This document shows positions 25,365 to 37,739 of a stretch of 64,000 bases of DNA, piece by piece (the first letter of the stretch is position 1; every line of letters begins with the position of its first letter). Both the position numbers and the translations under genes were made by a program. Source of the stretch: Massalongia carnosa (lineage: Eukaryota); contig OZ287072.1 of NCBI GenBank assembly GCA_965645245.1, positions 682,001 to 746,000 on the forward strand, read 5' to 3'. The notes under the pieces are model-generated. The model ran no database searches. It was given only the letters and a program-made list of their open reading frames with translations, and had not been told where the DNA came from.

Positions 25365-28300
25365 TCAACCTTTCCAGCCGTCCTCCTTCTCCTTAGCCCT
25401 TCGCTTGAACAACGCCCCAAAATCTAAGATCCCCCCGCCCCCATCGCGACTGGCGGGGCTTCTCCTCCCCGCGTCAACTGACAGGTCCTTGAGGCGATAC
25501 AGACTCTTCCCTGCGCTCGATGACGCCGCGCGCTCCCTATGGGCCTGCCCCTGGCTGCCGCCTAGCGACCTTGACGCCGAGCCTCCCTTGCCGGAGGTCG
25601 GCCGATCGGTCGACAACGGCTTGTCGAGACAGTAAGCGCTCTTGACCTTGGTCTTATCGCGCTTTCGATGATGGTGCGCGGAACTTCGCGGCGGCTTGGC
25701 AAGCTTATTGGCCGGGTTAGAGCCAAGGCTGTACATGGAAGATCCAATCACGGTTTCAGGTAGCTCGACCGAATCTTCATCGTCGTCTTTAACCGCCAAC
25801 GTGGACATTGTTTCTTCGTCACGTCTCATGACACCCGAATCCCACACGGCAGATGAGGATCCCGGGGGCGTTTCAGTTTCCTCTTCGCCTGAAGATCCGG
25901 GGTCTTCGGTAACTCCTAGCCGTCCAATTGGCGGGCCAGTTCTGTTCAAGGTCATTGTGTTGTAAATCGGTGAATCCGGATGTGAGGTATTCCGACCCAC
26001 GTGGGAACCCCCGAGACTAGATGTACTGCTATTCGCAGTGCTGTGACTCCGATCCGCTATCCGCGAGTAAGTTGTATATTTTCCACTCTCGGATCTGAGT
26101 CGTGCTTTCCTCCCCATTTGCTCGACCAGTTCCTCCCATTTCGGCTCAATGAATCCACTAGGTCGTTCGGCTTGCTCAGCGAGATTGAGACACTCCCGAG
26201 TCTTCTGGCGAGACTGCTGACAGAGAGCGTCGAATCGTTTCAACTCATCGCTAACACGGGTGCCGCTCTCAATGTTATTACGAACATCCAACCATAGGTT
26301 CACCAGAGCTGCACACTCCCTAGCTTGATCTATTAAATACGGCAAGCTTGGAAAACCCTCACGGCTGGTGGGTGGCAACCGTCCTAGAATCGTAATGGGT
26401 GTAGCGTATGAAGGCGGAATTGCAGAGGCGGAGCGATCAGGACTGATAGCACATACGGCATCTACGAACTCTTTGAACTCTTGGCGGTGTGAGTTTAGGA
26501 ATTGGTTCATAGGCTCCATCCATGGTTCTTTATTTCCAAACGTTGTGAGATTAGCGAGAGTCTGAAGGGCTTTGGTGATCAGAGTGAGCGTGCGATGAGG
26601 GCGCGGCCGAGGATGATCTGAAAGAGCCATTAGCTTTATAAGTTGCCAAGAGAGTATGAAATTAACAAGTATGTACCTTTCAGCAAGCCGAAAAGCTTCG
26701 GATTCAGCACAGCCGGACAGAAGAAACGCAGGAAGAGGAAACCGGAGACGCTGCTATAAGTTACGGTCCGGAGGAAATCACCATAGCGATCGTCAGCACA
26801 AGCGCGAATGTGTCGGAATATCATCCGTAGTTCCGGTGGACATCGTTGTGCCGACACTGCTATAGATTTCCAGACATTCTCTGTCAGTGCAATAAGATTT
26901 CTCCAATTCCGCCTCAAGTCGTCGGGATTTTGCACATGGTTTGGATTGACCTCACAGTCCGGATCACTCTCATCGATATCTCTTATCAACTCGAGCAAGG
27001 TATCTTCCAGGTACTCTTTCCCCAAACGTCTCATGTGAAGATCTAGAGCTTTGGTTAGAAGGGAGTTGCCTCGAAAAAGTAGATTGGCTTCCACCGTGGC
27101 AGATTTGCCGAGATCCCGAAGAACCATCTCTCGTTCCACGCCTGATTCGTACGAGTCATTCGAGGCAATGCGCCGGCCGTATCTGAACTTTGAAACCGGT
27201 GTCTCCTTGTGTATATTGTCGATCTCGTCTTCGACTAGTGACATGATCCAATCGCCTGCCTGAGCGGAGACCTGGAAAATATTGAGTAATATTTCGGCCA
27301 GTCTTTTCAACTCCAAATGGGCCATCGATGCAATCTGATTTGTCAAGCCGTCCGAGAAAGTATGAAGCAGCTCCGATAATGGCTGATAATCCCGGCCCAT
27401 GAGCACCACCAGCTCTTCAATTCGGACCTTCATCAGCAATTCGCCCACTAAATCATCATCTTCATTGATTATCGGCCACCATCTTTCAGTATCTGTTGCC
27501 TTCTCAATATCGTCGAGTTGAAGGTCAACCTTTCCGAACAGCAAATCTAATGGTGATATTTCAATATCCCCAACAATAGAAAGTGGATTTAAATCGCCAT
27601 GTTCTATGTCAAGAGGAACTTGCGAGATCAAGGTCCAATCTCTTTGGTCAGGGTTTCGTGTCTTCAAATCTATCCTTACGCTGGAGAGAACAGGCGGTAG
27701 ATCGAAAAACTCAAAGTCCTCACGCCAAAATGGATTGGCGCTTTCGGGTTGTACAGCTGTCTTCCCCCGTACCTCCCCGTCCAGGTGTACCTCAGCGTAA
27801 TAGTTACCAGGGATCATGTCTTTTTTCGTTGCGTTTTCATGCCGCGAGGGCGCTGTCAAGCCTTGCGAATGCTTGCCGCGGTTAGAATGTAACTTGGCTT
27901 CTAGTAGTCGTATAGAAAGCTGCCTCTCCACCCGAAACATATTTGAAGCTACTGTCCTTGATGAAGCAGTCGCGACATCGAGTGGACCAAGATGGGGGTT
28001 TGCTGAGATCTGCTCAGGACCGTAGAGATCCGGAACAGTGAAAGCTCGTAACAAGACAAACCAGACCTCAAAAAGAACACGAGACTCCATTGCAAGATAG
28101 GTTGTATTCATGTTCGGTATTGTGGTCGTCGTAGATGGGTATTGGGGGTAAATAGCCAAGGAGAATTCGCTCTCCAGTACTGACGGATCTAAACGTTGAA
28201 TCGCACATCTCGATAGCTGAGCTAAGGGGATAACCGACAGAAGAGAAGTGTCAGAGATGTCTGTGAGTAGCTTGAAATGTCCGTTTTCCTGAAGCGTGCA

Positions 28301-29596
28301 AGAGACCCTTCGCCACGGAGAGGACTTTGTCTTCTTGGGTTGCTTGTATATAGAACCCCTTCGGGTATGCAAGGGCGAAGATTCTTCAGACCGGACATCT
28401 TTGTCCCACATCAACATCTTGCCAACCTTGATAATGGAAGCATCTCTGATCGTCACGCTTTCCGAATTACGACGTCGATCGCTCATTCTCCTTTCAAACC
28501 CTGGGGATCTTCGGCGAGGCCCGGAAACCAGCGGTCCTGGCGGTGCGGTCGGCGCGGTGGGTGTGGGCGGCGTTGGTGGATTGGCCGGAACCTTTTGGAC
28601 GCCTTTGGGTTTGATCGGTTGCCAACAGAGAAGTGCCGCCAACCACGAGTCGAAAGTTTCCGGAACATGGGGACGTAGATGGATACCTGCATTGGGTCGA
28701 GTGGAAACATCAAGAAACGTTGACCTCGACTCCCCGTCATATAGAGTTCGGACCTGGCACCCGCGAAGATCAGACACCAATGTCTTCGCAAGGGTTACAT
28801 CTCCTTTGGTTTGATAAATCAAACTACCGGTTGCTACGTTGATTGCACAATAGCCGGAAGACCATGAGCTCATGGATGGGGTGCGGAATGATAGAATGCC
28901 ATGCATCCTACCACAGGTGGTCTTCATCAGCTGCAAGATTTTGTTGGCATCGGTAGCAGAGGAGGAGAGGGCGCCATGACGGCTTGCGGACCCAGGGTTT
29001 CGGATGGGAGAGAGCGTCCGCGAATGCGGTTGGGCGAGTCGCCGTTTACTTGTATAAAATTGCGACTCCAGCGGAGGAGAAGGAATAATCGAAGGAAACC
29101 CGATTGAGGAAGTAGTTTCCTTCGTGTCTCGGAAAGGCGATGATTGAAGTGAGCCAACACGGTGCCGAGCCTTGGAGGTCAGGGATGCAGGCGACTTCTC
29201 CCGGGCCGGTTCCTCAAGGGTACGGGTACGAGCACGAGAATGGGACGTTTTCAGTCCACTGCTGGGAGAACTGTGTCCATTGGGATAGGGCTGAGGTGTT
29301 TCTGCGCGAGGCCGTGGATGATGGCCGCGGCGGGACAAAGAAAGGGGAGTTGCGCTCCTTGTAGGCAGAATGCCTGGATCGGACATATATCGATCGGGAT
29401 CTATTCTGGGGAGTGGTCCTGGGGAGAAAGGCCTAAGGGCGGTGTCGATAAAATCATCCGGGTAAACATGTCCATGCCTGTCTTTAGATGATTTCCGTTT
29501 GCTCGTCCTTCGTTGCACCAGTTGACCGGCAGGGTCTAGAATCCCAGAATGGCGGTTATGAGCATTTCGCTGCCTGCTCTCCAGCCTTAACTCCAT
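25365..29596 (-). CDS. bud2: Ras GTPase-activating protein with PH-like, C2 and RasGAP domains (Bud2/Cla2-like)
   Basis: C2-like YYAEVHLDGEVRGKT..NPFWREDFEF. RasGAP motifs LLFRGNSLLTK, FLFLRFFCPAVLNPKLFGL and LITKALQTLAN..KEPWM. One intron near 26620-26676. Confidence 0.85.
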
Positions 29597-31660
29597 CGTC
29601 CAGCGTCCAACTCACTTCCATTCGCCCTTATATGCATTAATCTTCTTAGCATCTACTGCGGATGTGCCGCGCAGCTCTAGAGAGCAGTAGCGTTAGGCAG
29701 CTTGAACTTCCCACGGTAGGTTTTGGTATATGGACCGCCCCCAAATTATCGGAAGGAAGGGGGCAGATGTTACTTCACAGCACGCGCGACTGGCTCCAAG
29801 GTCAAAAATGCAAGCAGAAAGGCAGAGTACGTCAAGCGTGAAATTTCCGATTGAATTGTGGGTTGTACCGCATAGGCACTGCACCAGCAATGGGTCAGCA
29901 TACGGTTCGTTGACGTGGGGAAGCAAAACAGCTCTCCAGCAGCGAATCGAGGATCTTCAGGGACACCACAAGCAAGCCAACATACCCAAAAGAGCTACAA
30001 CCGGGGGGTAGAGCCACAGGTCGGCAAAGCGACGGGGTACCTGAGTCTTGAACTGTAATCGGAGTTGTGTTACACCCGCAGTAGTGGGTGTTTTTTATCA
30101 GATTTGTGGATATGGTGGACTTGTCGATTCGTCGATTCGTCGATTTGTAATTGCTTTGGAGGGAAGCGATCAGCGAGCTATGTACCTTACTATGCCCAAA
30201 GGAAAGGGAAGAAAAAGGTTAAGAGAAAAGAGAAAAGAGAAAAGCAATTGGGAGTTTCGTTTCGTGAGTCGGCTGCCTTTCCGTTTGGGTGTTAGGGTTT
30301 TGCGACTCGAGAGAGTACCGGTTCAGGGTTTCGGGTCTCGAAGCAATGATGGAGTAACGTTACTTGCTCGTAACGTCGGCTTCATTTCATCTCTCCTCGG
30401 CTTGTTATCGATTTCCTACACTCTACGGCGCGCAACCGTCATAACATCTAACTTACCTCGGGTTCGTACCGTCTAGTGGTGCGGTAAGGCAGCTTGGGCA
30501 CTGATGCTCAAATTGAATCAATCCATATAAACTACGACTTCCCCTAGCTGGACCAAAAATGCTACCCCCGCTTCTGAGCTATCATGTCACGAATTGACGG
30601 AATTGATACCTCATTCGCTGACGATATCCTGGGCCCCTAACAGGTACGATGATGCAAGTGCAAGGAACCTGATTGGTAAAGCGGGAAACTGGGCGTCGCT
30701 CAGCTTCGTTCTTTGATGTTCTTCAGGCCTGCGACTGCACGAGCGAGAGTAGTGCCCCATAGGTATCATTCCCTAGGAACGAGAAACGCAATCTTTCTCG
30801 AGTTTCAAGAGCTCGTGCTGGAAACGCTCGCTGCCACAAATCCGAGAATCCCAGCCCTGCTAGAAAAATAAGGTGACTAGTATTGCTGAACGTCGTTGTA
30901 GCCGTGATTTGTTTCGTCAAGAACATGGGATGAAGCAACCCCGGCGTATATCGCTAACCAATGTTTTAAATCATCCGTTATTGGGAAAGAAATGGCTCGC
31001 GAATGATCATTATCTTGGTGCCTTGCCTTTTGCTACTCACTCATCCTAAGATTGCCAGGATTCGCCTCCTCCTCTCTATGGCGTGCGATGAGATCGAGAT
31101 TGATGTGCCGAGGAAGGGAAGGGCTGACCGACTTCGGTAGATAATAAGTAGGTAGGGAGGTAGGCAGGTAAGTACTCTGTGCTCTGCAGCTGGATTCTCA
31201 ACTCGGTAGTTGCCACTTACGGCCCACTTTCCCGCTCTATCCCCCCGCAGAAACAGGAGCTTGTATGGAGGCGAGCTGCCAAACCCGTAAACACACGGGG
31301 CAAGTCAATTACATACTTGTCTCTGTATGGACTACCTGTGGTCTCAGCTACGGAGGCTTCAGCTTACACAGTCATGATGGTGCAGCAAGACGGGAGAAAT
31401 ACTGTTCCTAGAGTGCAAAATACCTACCAAGTTATGCATCTTAAGCGCACCATTCCCTCCTCCAACCCCATCGCATGCCGCTTATCACTAGATAGGGTTG
31501 TGTTATGAAATGATTGGGACATCATAAATGTAGTAGCAGTATCTTCACATAAAATAAACCAGTAAATAAAGGCGCAAGCCCAATCCCGAATCCCGACTCC
31601 TGACTCCTATGCACATCAGACAACCCCTCAAGAGGCGACCCCCCCCTGGGTCCCGAGAAC

Positions 31661-32812
31661 CTATTTGAAAGTATGCTCCACCGTGCCATCATCCCCCCCA
31701 ACAGCGCTGAGCGGTTGGCTCTTGGCACCACTCAAGTCTCCACTCCCTGTTTTCCTCAACGCTTGTCTCATCGTCTCAATAGTCAACTCGCCGCCTGTGG
31801 GAGGACTGTGTCCGGAAAATGGACTCCCTGGACCACGGACCCCATGGTTGGAAGAATACTCCAATCCTTTGAAAGATGCGGATCCGCTTAATGGCGGTGA
31901 GCCGCCTAGACCATGGGAGGATCCCGGAGATCGGATGGGAGAAGGAGAACGATTAAGTGAGGCCAAGGGGGGTATACCTGATGAACCCGATAGATGGAGT
32001 GAGTCTCTGTGGCTGGTATAATCAGCTTGTTCAGCATGCACAACATCAGCGAACGAAATAAAGCTGAGTCGACGGACGTCAGTAGCATCCAATGCGCCAT
32101 AATTCGATGCTGCATCCTCGTTGTCTGGATGGGCTACAAGATCGTCTTGCCATGTTGCTCCAGTAGCCTCGCTGATTCCAGTCCCTGTGACTGTCAGTGC
32201 AGCTGGTTGATGTGCAGAGTGCATTACTATCTCCACATTGTCCGGGTTGAGATGATCGTCCGTTATAGCAACCGAGGAAGCATCTAACACTGGAGGAATA
32301 TGATTCTCGGTGGTAATATGCGCAGGAATCGCAGGCGACGCCGATGTGTAGAGTCCGTCCTCCTGAACATTTCGTTCAAATATTTGTGAGGATGCGGGTG
32401 AGCTCATGTGCGGGGAGGAATTGTAAGCGTTTCGGCTGGGAGAGGCAGGTGCACCGTAAGGATGTGAGGTAGGATGATGAGAGGACGAGACATGAGCCAT
32501 TCTCGGAGACTGCATTGGCGAAGCGGGTCGAATTGCAGGAGTTGAGGTTGTTGCTGCGGCGGTTAGAGTGGGTTCCTTCTTCTTCTTGACCTTCTCGTCC
32601 TCTTTCTTTTTCCCAAGACCCCAAAACCTTCTCTTGCCAGTCTTCGAGTCCACGTCAGGGCTCTCTGTACTCTCATGTCGGCTGTCATGGTTGTTCAATG
32701 ATATCCCCATGGAAATCGAATTTTCGGCGAACCCTTCTCCAAGCAATGGAACCGAGGAAATCCGTGATCCAGACTCATCGTTTCTGGTCAGATCATTCTG
32801 TCTTGTCGCCAT
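31661..32812 (-). CDS. Hypothetical Ser/Pro-rich fungal protein
   Basis: 383-aa ATG-initiated ORF, mostly disordered, with conserved-looking islands (QIFERNVQE, ENHIPPVLDASS, RRLSFISFADV, TIETMRQALRK). Confidence 0.75.
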   Translation of the reverse strand: MATRQNDLTRNDESGSRISSVPLLGEGFAENSISMGISLNNHDSRHESTESPDVDSKTGKRRFWGLGKKKEDEKVKKKKEPTLTAAATTSTPAIRPASPMQSPRMAHVSSSHHPTSHPYGAPASPSRNAYNSSPHMSSPASSQIFERNVQEDGLYTSASPAIPAHITTENHIPPVLDASSVAITDDHLNPDNVEIVMHSAHQPAALTVTGTGISEATGATWQDDLVAHPDNEDAASNYGALDATDVRRLSFISFADVVHAEQADYTSHRDSLHLSGSSGIPPLASLNRSPSPIRSPGSSHGLGGSPPLSGSASFKGLEYSSNHGVRGPGSPFSGHSPPTGGELTIETMRQALRKTGSGDLSGAKSQPLSAVGGDDGTVEHTFK

Positions 32813-33423
32813 GATGTGAGATTGTCCAGAGGAACTTCAAACTAGGTCTAGGTATCGTCTGACTATTAAACAAAGAGCAATGTCGTTAGATAAGGTGATC
32901 GGGCAATACGTTTGTGATCGCTCTTAAGAGGGTAGTTAGTACGAGCGAGATAACCCAACCTGCTTGCTTCCATAAGACAATTAGGGAAAAGAGAAGACGC
33001 TGGCAATACTTTGACAAGGATCTCACCAAGTAATATCCGTATCTCATAAGCTCGGAAACTGAATGATTATGTACTCGTATACGATGATTCAATCAAACCT
33101 GGTCATGCTTCAGATACAGATTACATATTGAGCACTAGGTATAGCCTCCAAAAGGGCAATACTGTTTTCTGTACTCCGTACACTGTATCGTCCACGAGAC
33201 GTTTTGATAGAGGCGCAGGTAAGATTGGAGGATAGCGCGCGCTCAGGCACAAACAGACATTGTTTGCACCTGACACATATTGGCAGCATGAGTGGTGGTG
33301 TGTTAACGTTAGTGACGATTCTCGCTTAAGGTTTGAAAGTTCGGGTCCTACCCAAACGATGGCCAATCCATTTTTGGGCGAAGATCAATTCTTTAGGTTC
33401 ACCAAACAAGTTGTTATGTTTAT

Positions 33424-34065
33424 ATGAATATCAACTCAATTAACAGTATGAGTGGAATAATACCAAGACGGCCACTTAGCAACACACTTTTCTTGTCATG
33501 GCTGTCTTTCACTTCGAGCTCTCCAGCTTTTCGCCGATATGAATCTAGCGCACGCCGCACAACGAAAAAGCTACGCGTGCGACCCGACCCGTCTTACATC
33601 TCTTCAGTTGAGACCGACAAGCTCAACGATCATCTCGTCTTCAACCCACCTTCTTCAGCTCCATCACCGTTCCAAACTCCGGCCGTTTTTCTCCCACACA
33701 ACGATCCTCGCCGCCAACTCCTTGTCCAATCTCATAGCCATGCAAGCCCCTATACCGAACCAGCTCGAAGGCTTCCTCCCGTCATCCGCCAGCCCTACGA
33801 AAAGAAATATCATCTTAACGAGGAACAGATAGCGGAAATACGGCGCTTAAGGACCGAGGATCCCTTCAGGTGGACGAGGAAGAAGCTGGCTGAGAAGTTT
33901 GATTGCTCGCAGTTCTTTGTAGGGATGATCGTTGAGGCGACGAAGGAGAGAAAGGAGCAGCAAAAGCAGATACTTGAAAATGTGAAGGAGAAGTGGGGCC
34001 GGAGGAAGAGATATGCCAGGGAGGATAGGATGAAGAGGAGAGAGCTTTGGGGGAGGGATGAATAA
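33424..34065 (+). CDS. mrpl20: Mitochondrial ribosomal protein L20 (mL58)
   Basis: Presequence-like N-terminus, FNPPSSAPS, and KKYHLNEEQIAEIRRLRTEDPFRWTRKKLAEKFDCSQFFV typical of the MRP-L20 family. Confidence 0.85.
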   Translation: MNINSINSMSGIIPRRPLSNTLFLSWLSFTSSSPAFRRYESSARRTTKKLRVRPDPSYISSVETDKLNDHLVFNPPSSAPSPFQTPAVFLPHNDPRRQLLVQSHSHASPYTEPARRLPPVIRQPYEKKYHLNEEQIAEIRRLRTEDPFRWTRKKLAEKFDCSQFFVGMIVEATKERKEQQKQILENVKEKWGRRKRYAREDRMKRRELWGRDE

Positions 34066-34463
34066 GGGACGAGCGAGGATGCATCGAGCTCCTTGAAGAA
34101 TTTCTAGCAAAGACAGCTGGTCGACAAAGTATTGGTTAGCCTATTGAGAGGGTATGAAGTAGGTTTTCAAGGCTGGAGATTGATGGCTGTGTGCGTCAAC
34201 CATCGGGCGAGTTGTGCAAGCTGGGTATTAGCTACGGCTAATTGGAAGTTTTATTACATAGTGCTTGTTCGAAGAGGATCGGCGACGCATTTTCATGTTA
34301 TTGACAGCGAAGCGTAGAGTGAGTTGAATTGGCAGCTAGCCCATCTGGTGCTTGACTTTAGGTTCTACTGACAATAACCCCTTAAGTTTAGACGCAGGAT
34401 GTCAAAGCATTACACCTTACCCTGCTCAAGTTGTCTCATACATTCGCCACTTCTATCCGATGT

Positions 34464-35955
34464 CTAATCAAAGAACTTTTTGTATGCAGCCTTTTCCTTC
34501 TTCGTCTGGTCCGCAAGCCTTTTCTTTATTATACCAAGTTCTCTCGTGATGGCTACATCACCAGGCGCCAGCTTAAGAGCCGCTTCAAGATCCTCACTTG
34601 CCTGTTCGTCATTTTTAAGACCAGAATTTGCAAGGGCCTTACGATAATAAGCCTTCGCCCTGTCTGCATTCGCGATCTTTGTTAATTCGGTTGCATTAGT
34701 AGCACTCTTTAAAGCATCGTCGAAAGCCTTTAGCTTAATTTGCAATAATGCAGAATTCGAGTGCAACGAAAAGCGGATGCTTGTTAGTTGCTGGGCGAGA
34801 TCGTCCGGATCTTCATCTAATGCTTCGGGATACTCGTTCAGGTACCGGAGGCCTTTTTGATATTTGTCTAGAGCAAGGTTAAGGTCACTGGACTTGAATG
34901 CTTTATTGCCGTATTCCTTCAATTCACTCGCAATCTTAACAATGTCTGGACGTTTCAATTCCTCGCCTTGATCTTCTGGAAATTCTTCATAAGGATCTCC
35001 CGTGCTGTCAATCGTCTTTTCTCCAATTTTTGACGCCTCATCTCCAGAAAGTTGACCGCAATCTACAGATTTTGGTTAGCAGGATTTTAGCATGTGACGG
35101 TAAGAAAAAAACACACCAATGATAGTCACATCGTGGGTAGGCTTGTCCGCTTGTGTTTTTAAACCCTCAATTTTACGAATGATGCCCTTCCCATCAATTA
35201 CCTCTCCAAACACAACATGCTTTCCATCAAGATGGGCAGTCGGTACGGTGGTTACAAAGAATTGGGACCCGTTGGTTCCTGGGGGGAAAGTTTTCCGTTT
35301 AGTACATAGCATAGGCCTGAAGCATATTTGGTTCGCTAGGAGAGACAAACCTGGTCCCGCGTTTGCCATAGACAAGAGCAAAGGTTTGTTATGTTTTAGC
35401 TTAAAATTCTCGTCCTCGAATTTCTCTCCGTAGATTGACTCGCCGCCTGTGCCATTACCCGCGGTAAAGTCGCCGCCCTGTATCATGAAGCCTTGGATAA
35501 CTCGATGAAAGGTTGATCCTGTTACGTCAAATTAGCAAAGACCATACATGTTGCTGATACAGGTAGCCTATGGTAGACCTTTGTAACTTAAGGGTTTGCT
35601 AGCCTTTCCAATTCCCTTCTCTCCTGTACATAAAGCTCGAAAGTTTTCCGCTGTTTTGGGGACCACTAAGGCCTTCTGAGCAGTTATTCTACACAACTGA
35701 CCACGAACTTGACCACCAACCATCGTCATACTACGACGTTCGTCACGGCTATTAGTGGAGGGTATTGGGGAGGAAGAAACTAAATGATGATCTGGTTTGG
35801 AGTACTCATACTAACCAATTCAAATGTAACTCGACCTTCTTTCTTGTCTTTGATTTGAATGTCAAAGTAGACACGACTGCGCGCTTCATTGGTATTAGCA
35901 ATTTCCAATAAACTGTGGATACAGGTATAAAAATACCTCGTTTGTCCAGCCCCAT
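34464..35955 (-). CDS. cpr6: Cyclophilin-40 type PPIase (cyclophilin + TPR domains), multi-exon
   Basis: [53 protein letters not shown] and [10 protein letters not shown], followed by TPR repeats ([18 protein letters not shown]). Ends KKFFD*. Confidence 0.95.
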
Positions 35956-36079
35956 GGCGAATCAATTTGAGGTTGAACGAACGATGTTAATATTTGAATT
36001 CTTTGAGGGTTGACGTCTAACAAACCCAGTGTCAAACACTTTTCTAGTTGCACGGTACAGGATGTCAAGCTATTTGTCT

Positions 36080-36183
36080 TTCCCGAATGAAGGCTAAAAA
36101 GGTTTCGGGTGTGGGGTTTCGATTCTATTTGGTTCGAGAACTTTACAACGATACACAGAATCTGCAACATTCTCTTGACGTCA
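36080..36183. promoter_or_regulatory. Candidate heat-shock elements and CRE site upstream of cpr6
   Basis: TTCccGAA at 36080, TTCgaGAActTTA at 36133 and TGACGTCA at 36176. Cyp40 co-chaperones are typical Hsf1 targets. Motifs this short can occur by chance. Confidence 0.35.
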
Positions 36184-36271
36184 TGTGATAGTTTAAATGG
36201 TCTCGGAAGCTTTGGAATGGGGAACTGTGTGGCACTTTGGGCGATGATATCAATATCAAATGAAGGCGTTT

Positions 36272-37085
36272 TTATTCTAATAAAGATGCGGGCATTTTGA
36301 AGCCCTCATTGGATCCTCCATTTTTCCCATTAGATTTTTCACCGCTCCTCTCCTTTGGTCTTAGTGGATTGGTCTGGATCTCTAAAGTCACCTAACAGAA
36401 GTCCCCATCAGCCATCATCCTAAACGGAAATTTAGGTATATGAGTAGTATTAAGATTTACCGCGCCGTCATCACTGCGGTAGTCTACACCTACCGGGCCA
36501 TCATTGACGAGTCCAACCTGCATCATTGCCTGAAAGACACCATTCTTAACCTTTTCAGAATCGTAAAGCTCCTGCACTTTGGCAAAAAAGTGTTCATAAA
36601 GCTCTTTGGCCTTCCCACCTCCGGCAGCGCCATGAAAGTCTGGCTTGGACCCTTTCTTCGTGGAAGCGAGCAATGTAAATTGGGACACTGACAATAATCA
36701 GAAAACGAGGGCTGACTCCATCCATTGACGATGCTCTTGTAACACACCACATAATACCTCTCCCTTGATCTCTTGCACGCTATGCTTCCACTGATGGGAT
36801 GCGAATCAGCGTTCGATTACTACAAGGTAATTAGTACATTTCATTTTACCGTGCCACCAACTTCATCTGGCCACATCTTTAGCTTCAAGACTTTCAAAGC
36901 CATTGATTCCACCTCCTTATAGGTATCATCGGGTGCAACAGCGGCAAAAACCAAAACACCTTTCCCAATTGAGGAAACCAGATGCGTATCAATGGTTACT
37001 GAAGCCGATGCTACTCTCTGTAGGATGGCTGTGCCATGTCAGGGATATTTAATGCGCAAGATGAGTGAAGCGAATAACCTTTCAT
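36272..37085 (-). CDS. dtd1: D-aminoacyl-tRNA deacylase, multi-exon
   Basis: MK|AILQRV, SQFTL, KPDFH, GVFQAMMQVGLVNDGP and VTLEI. C-terminus FKMPASLLE*, stop 36272-36274. Confidence 0.92.
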
Positions 37086-37739
37086 TTTCGCTGTCGAAAG
37101 CACGATATTTAGATCCAAAGAAACTGTGATAAAACGAGTATTTCCCAAAGAATTGCTGCGACAAGGTAGACCGTTTAGGCACCCGAAAAGCAACGCATTA
37201 CAGTAAACGTAAATACATCAGATATTACATGCGATCAAAGCTGTTCTCGATTTATCAAGATAGGTCTTGGATATACAGAATATCAGATTTGAATAAGGGA
37301 TTTGGTTGACTGAAGATAGCACCTTAAAAATTAGATAGGACTCCTTTGAATGAATGACCTGAGGAAGATTTCCTGGCCTTCGTGCCTTCCTACTTAACTA
37401 GCGTTGTTAGGTATTTCGACAGTATAATAAATATTTCAACTATCTTTATGCCTAGGTCGCAGTATTTACTCTTTTTAGCCGCCATACAATATCGAGTCTC
37501 ATGGTAACGTCCGCAAATAGCACGCAAAGAGATAGGTGTCGCAAGAAAAGACCAGAAACAGCAGAACTGTCTTTAAATCATCACTTAATGCATACCTCGG
37601 AGTTGCCTCAATTCGATCTTGATTTTCAGTGCCACGCAAAGGAATCACCCCGTCCATTCCGCCGAATCTCCACATCCTCGCCCAACGGTATCAGGTTTAC
37701 ATCCATCTCTATTGGACCCAATTTTAAAAATCACACGTC

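Noticed and set aside
30286..30301. Telomerase RNA template (GTTAGGGTT)
   Set aside because: A single 9-nt match upstream of the RasGAP gene, with no other supporting element visible; expected by chance.
29693..31508. Short ORFs between the RasGAP gene and the 31661 gene
   Set aside because: No motifs and mostly non-ATG starts. The region is consistent with promoter/UTR sequence.
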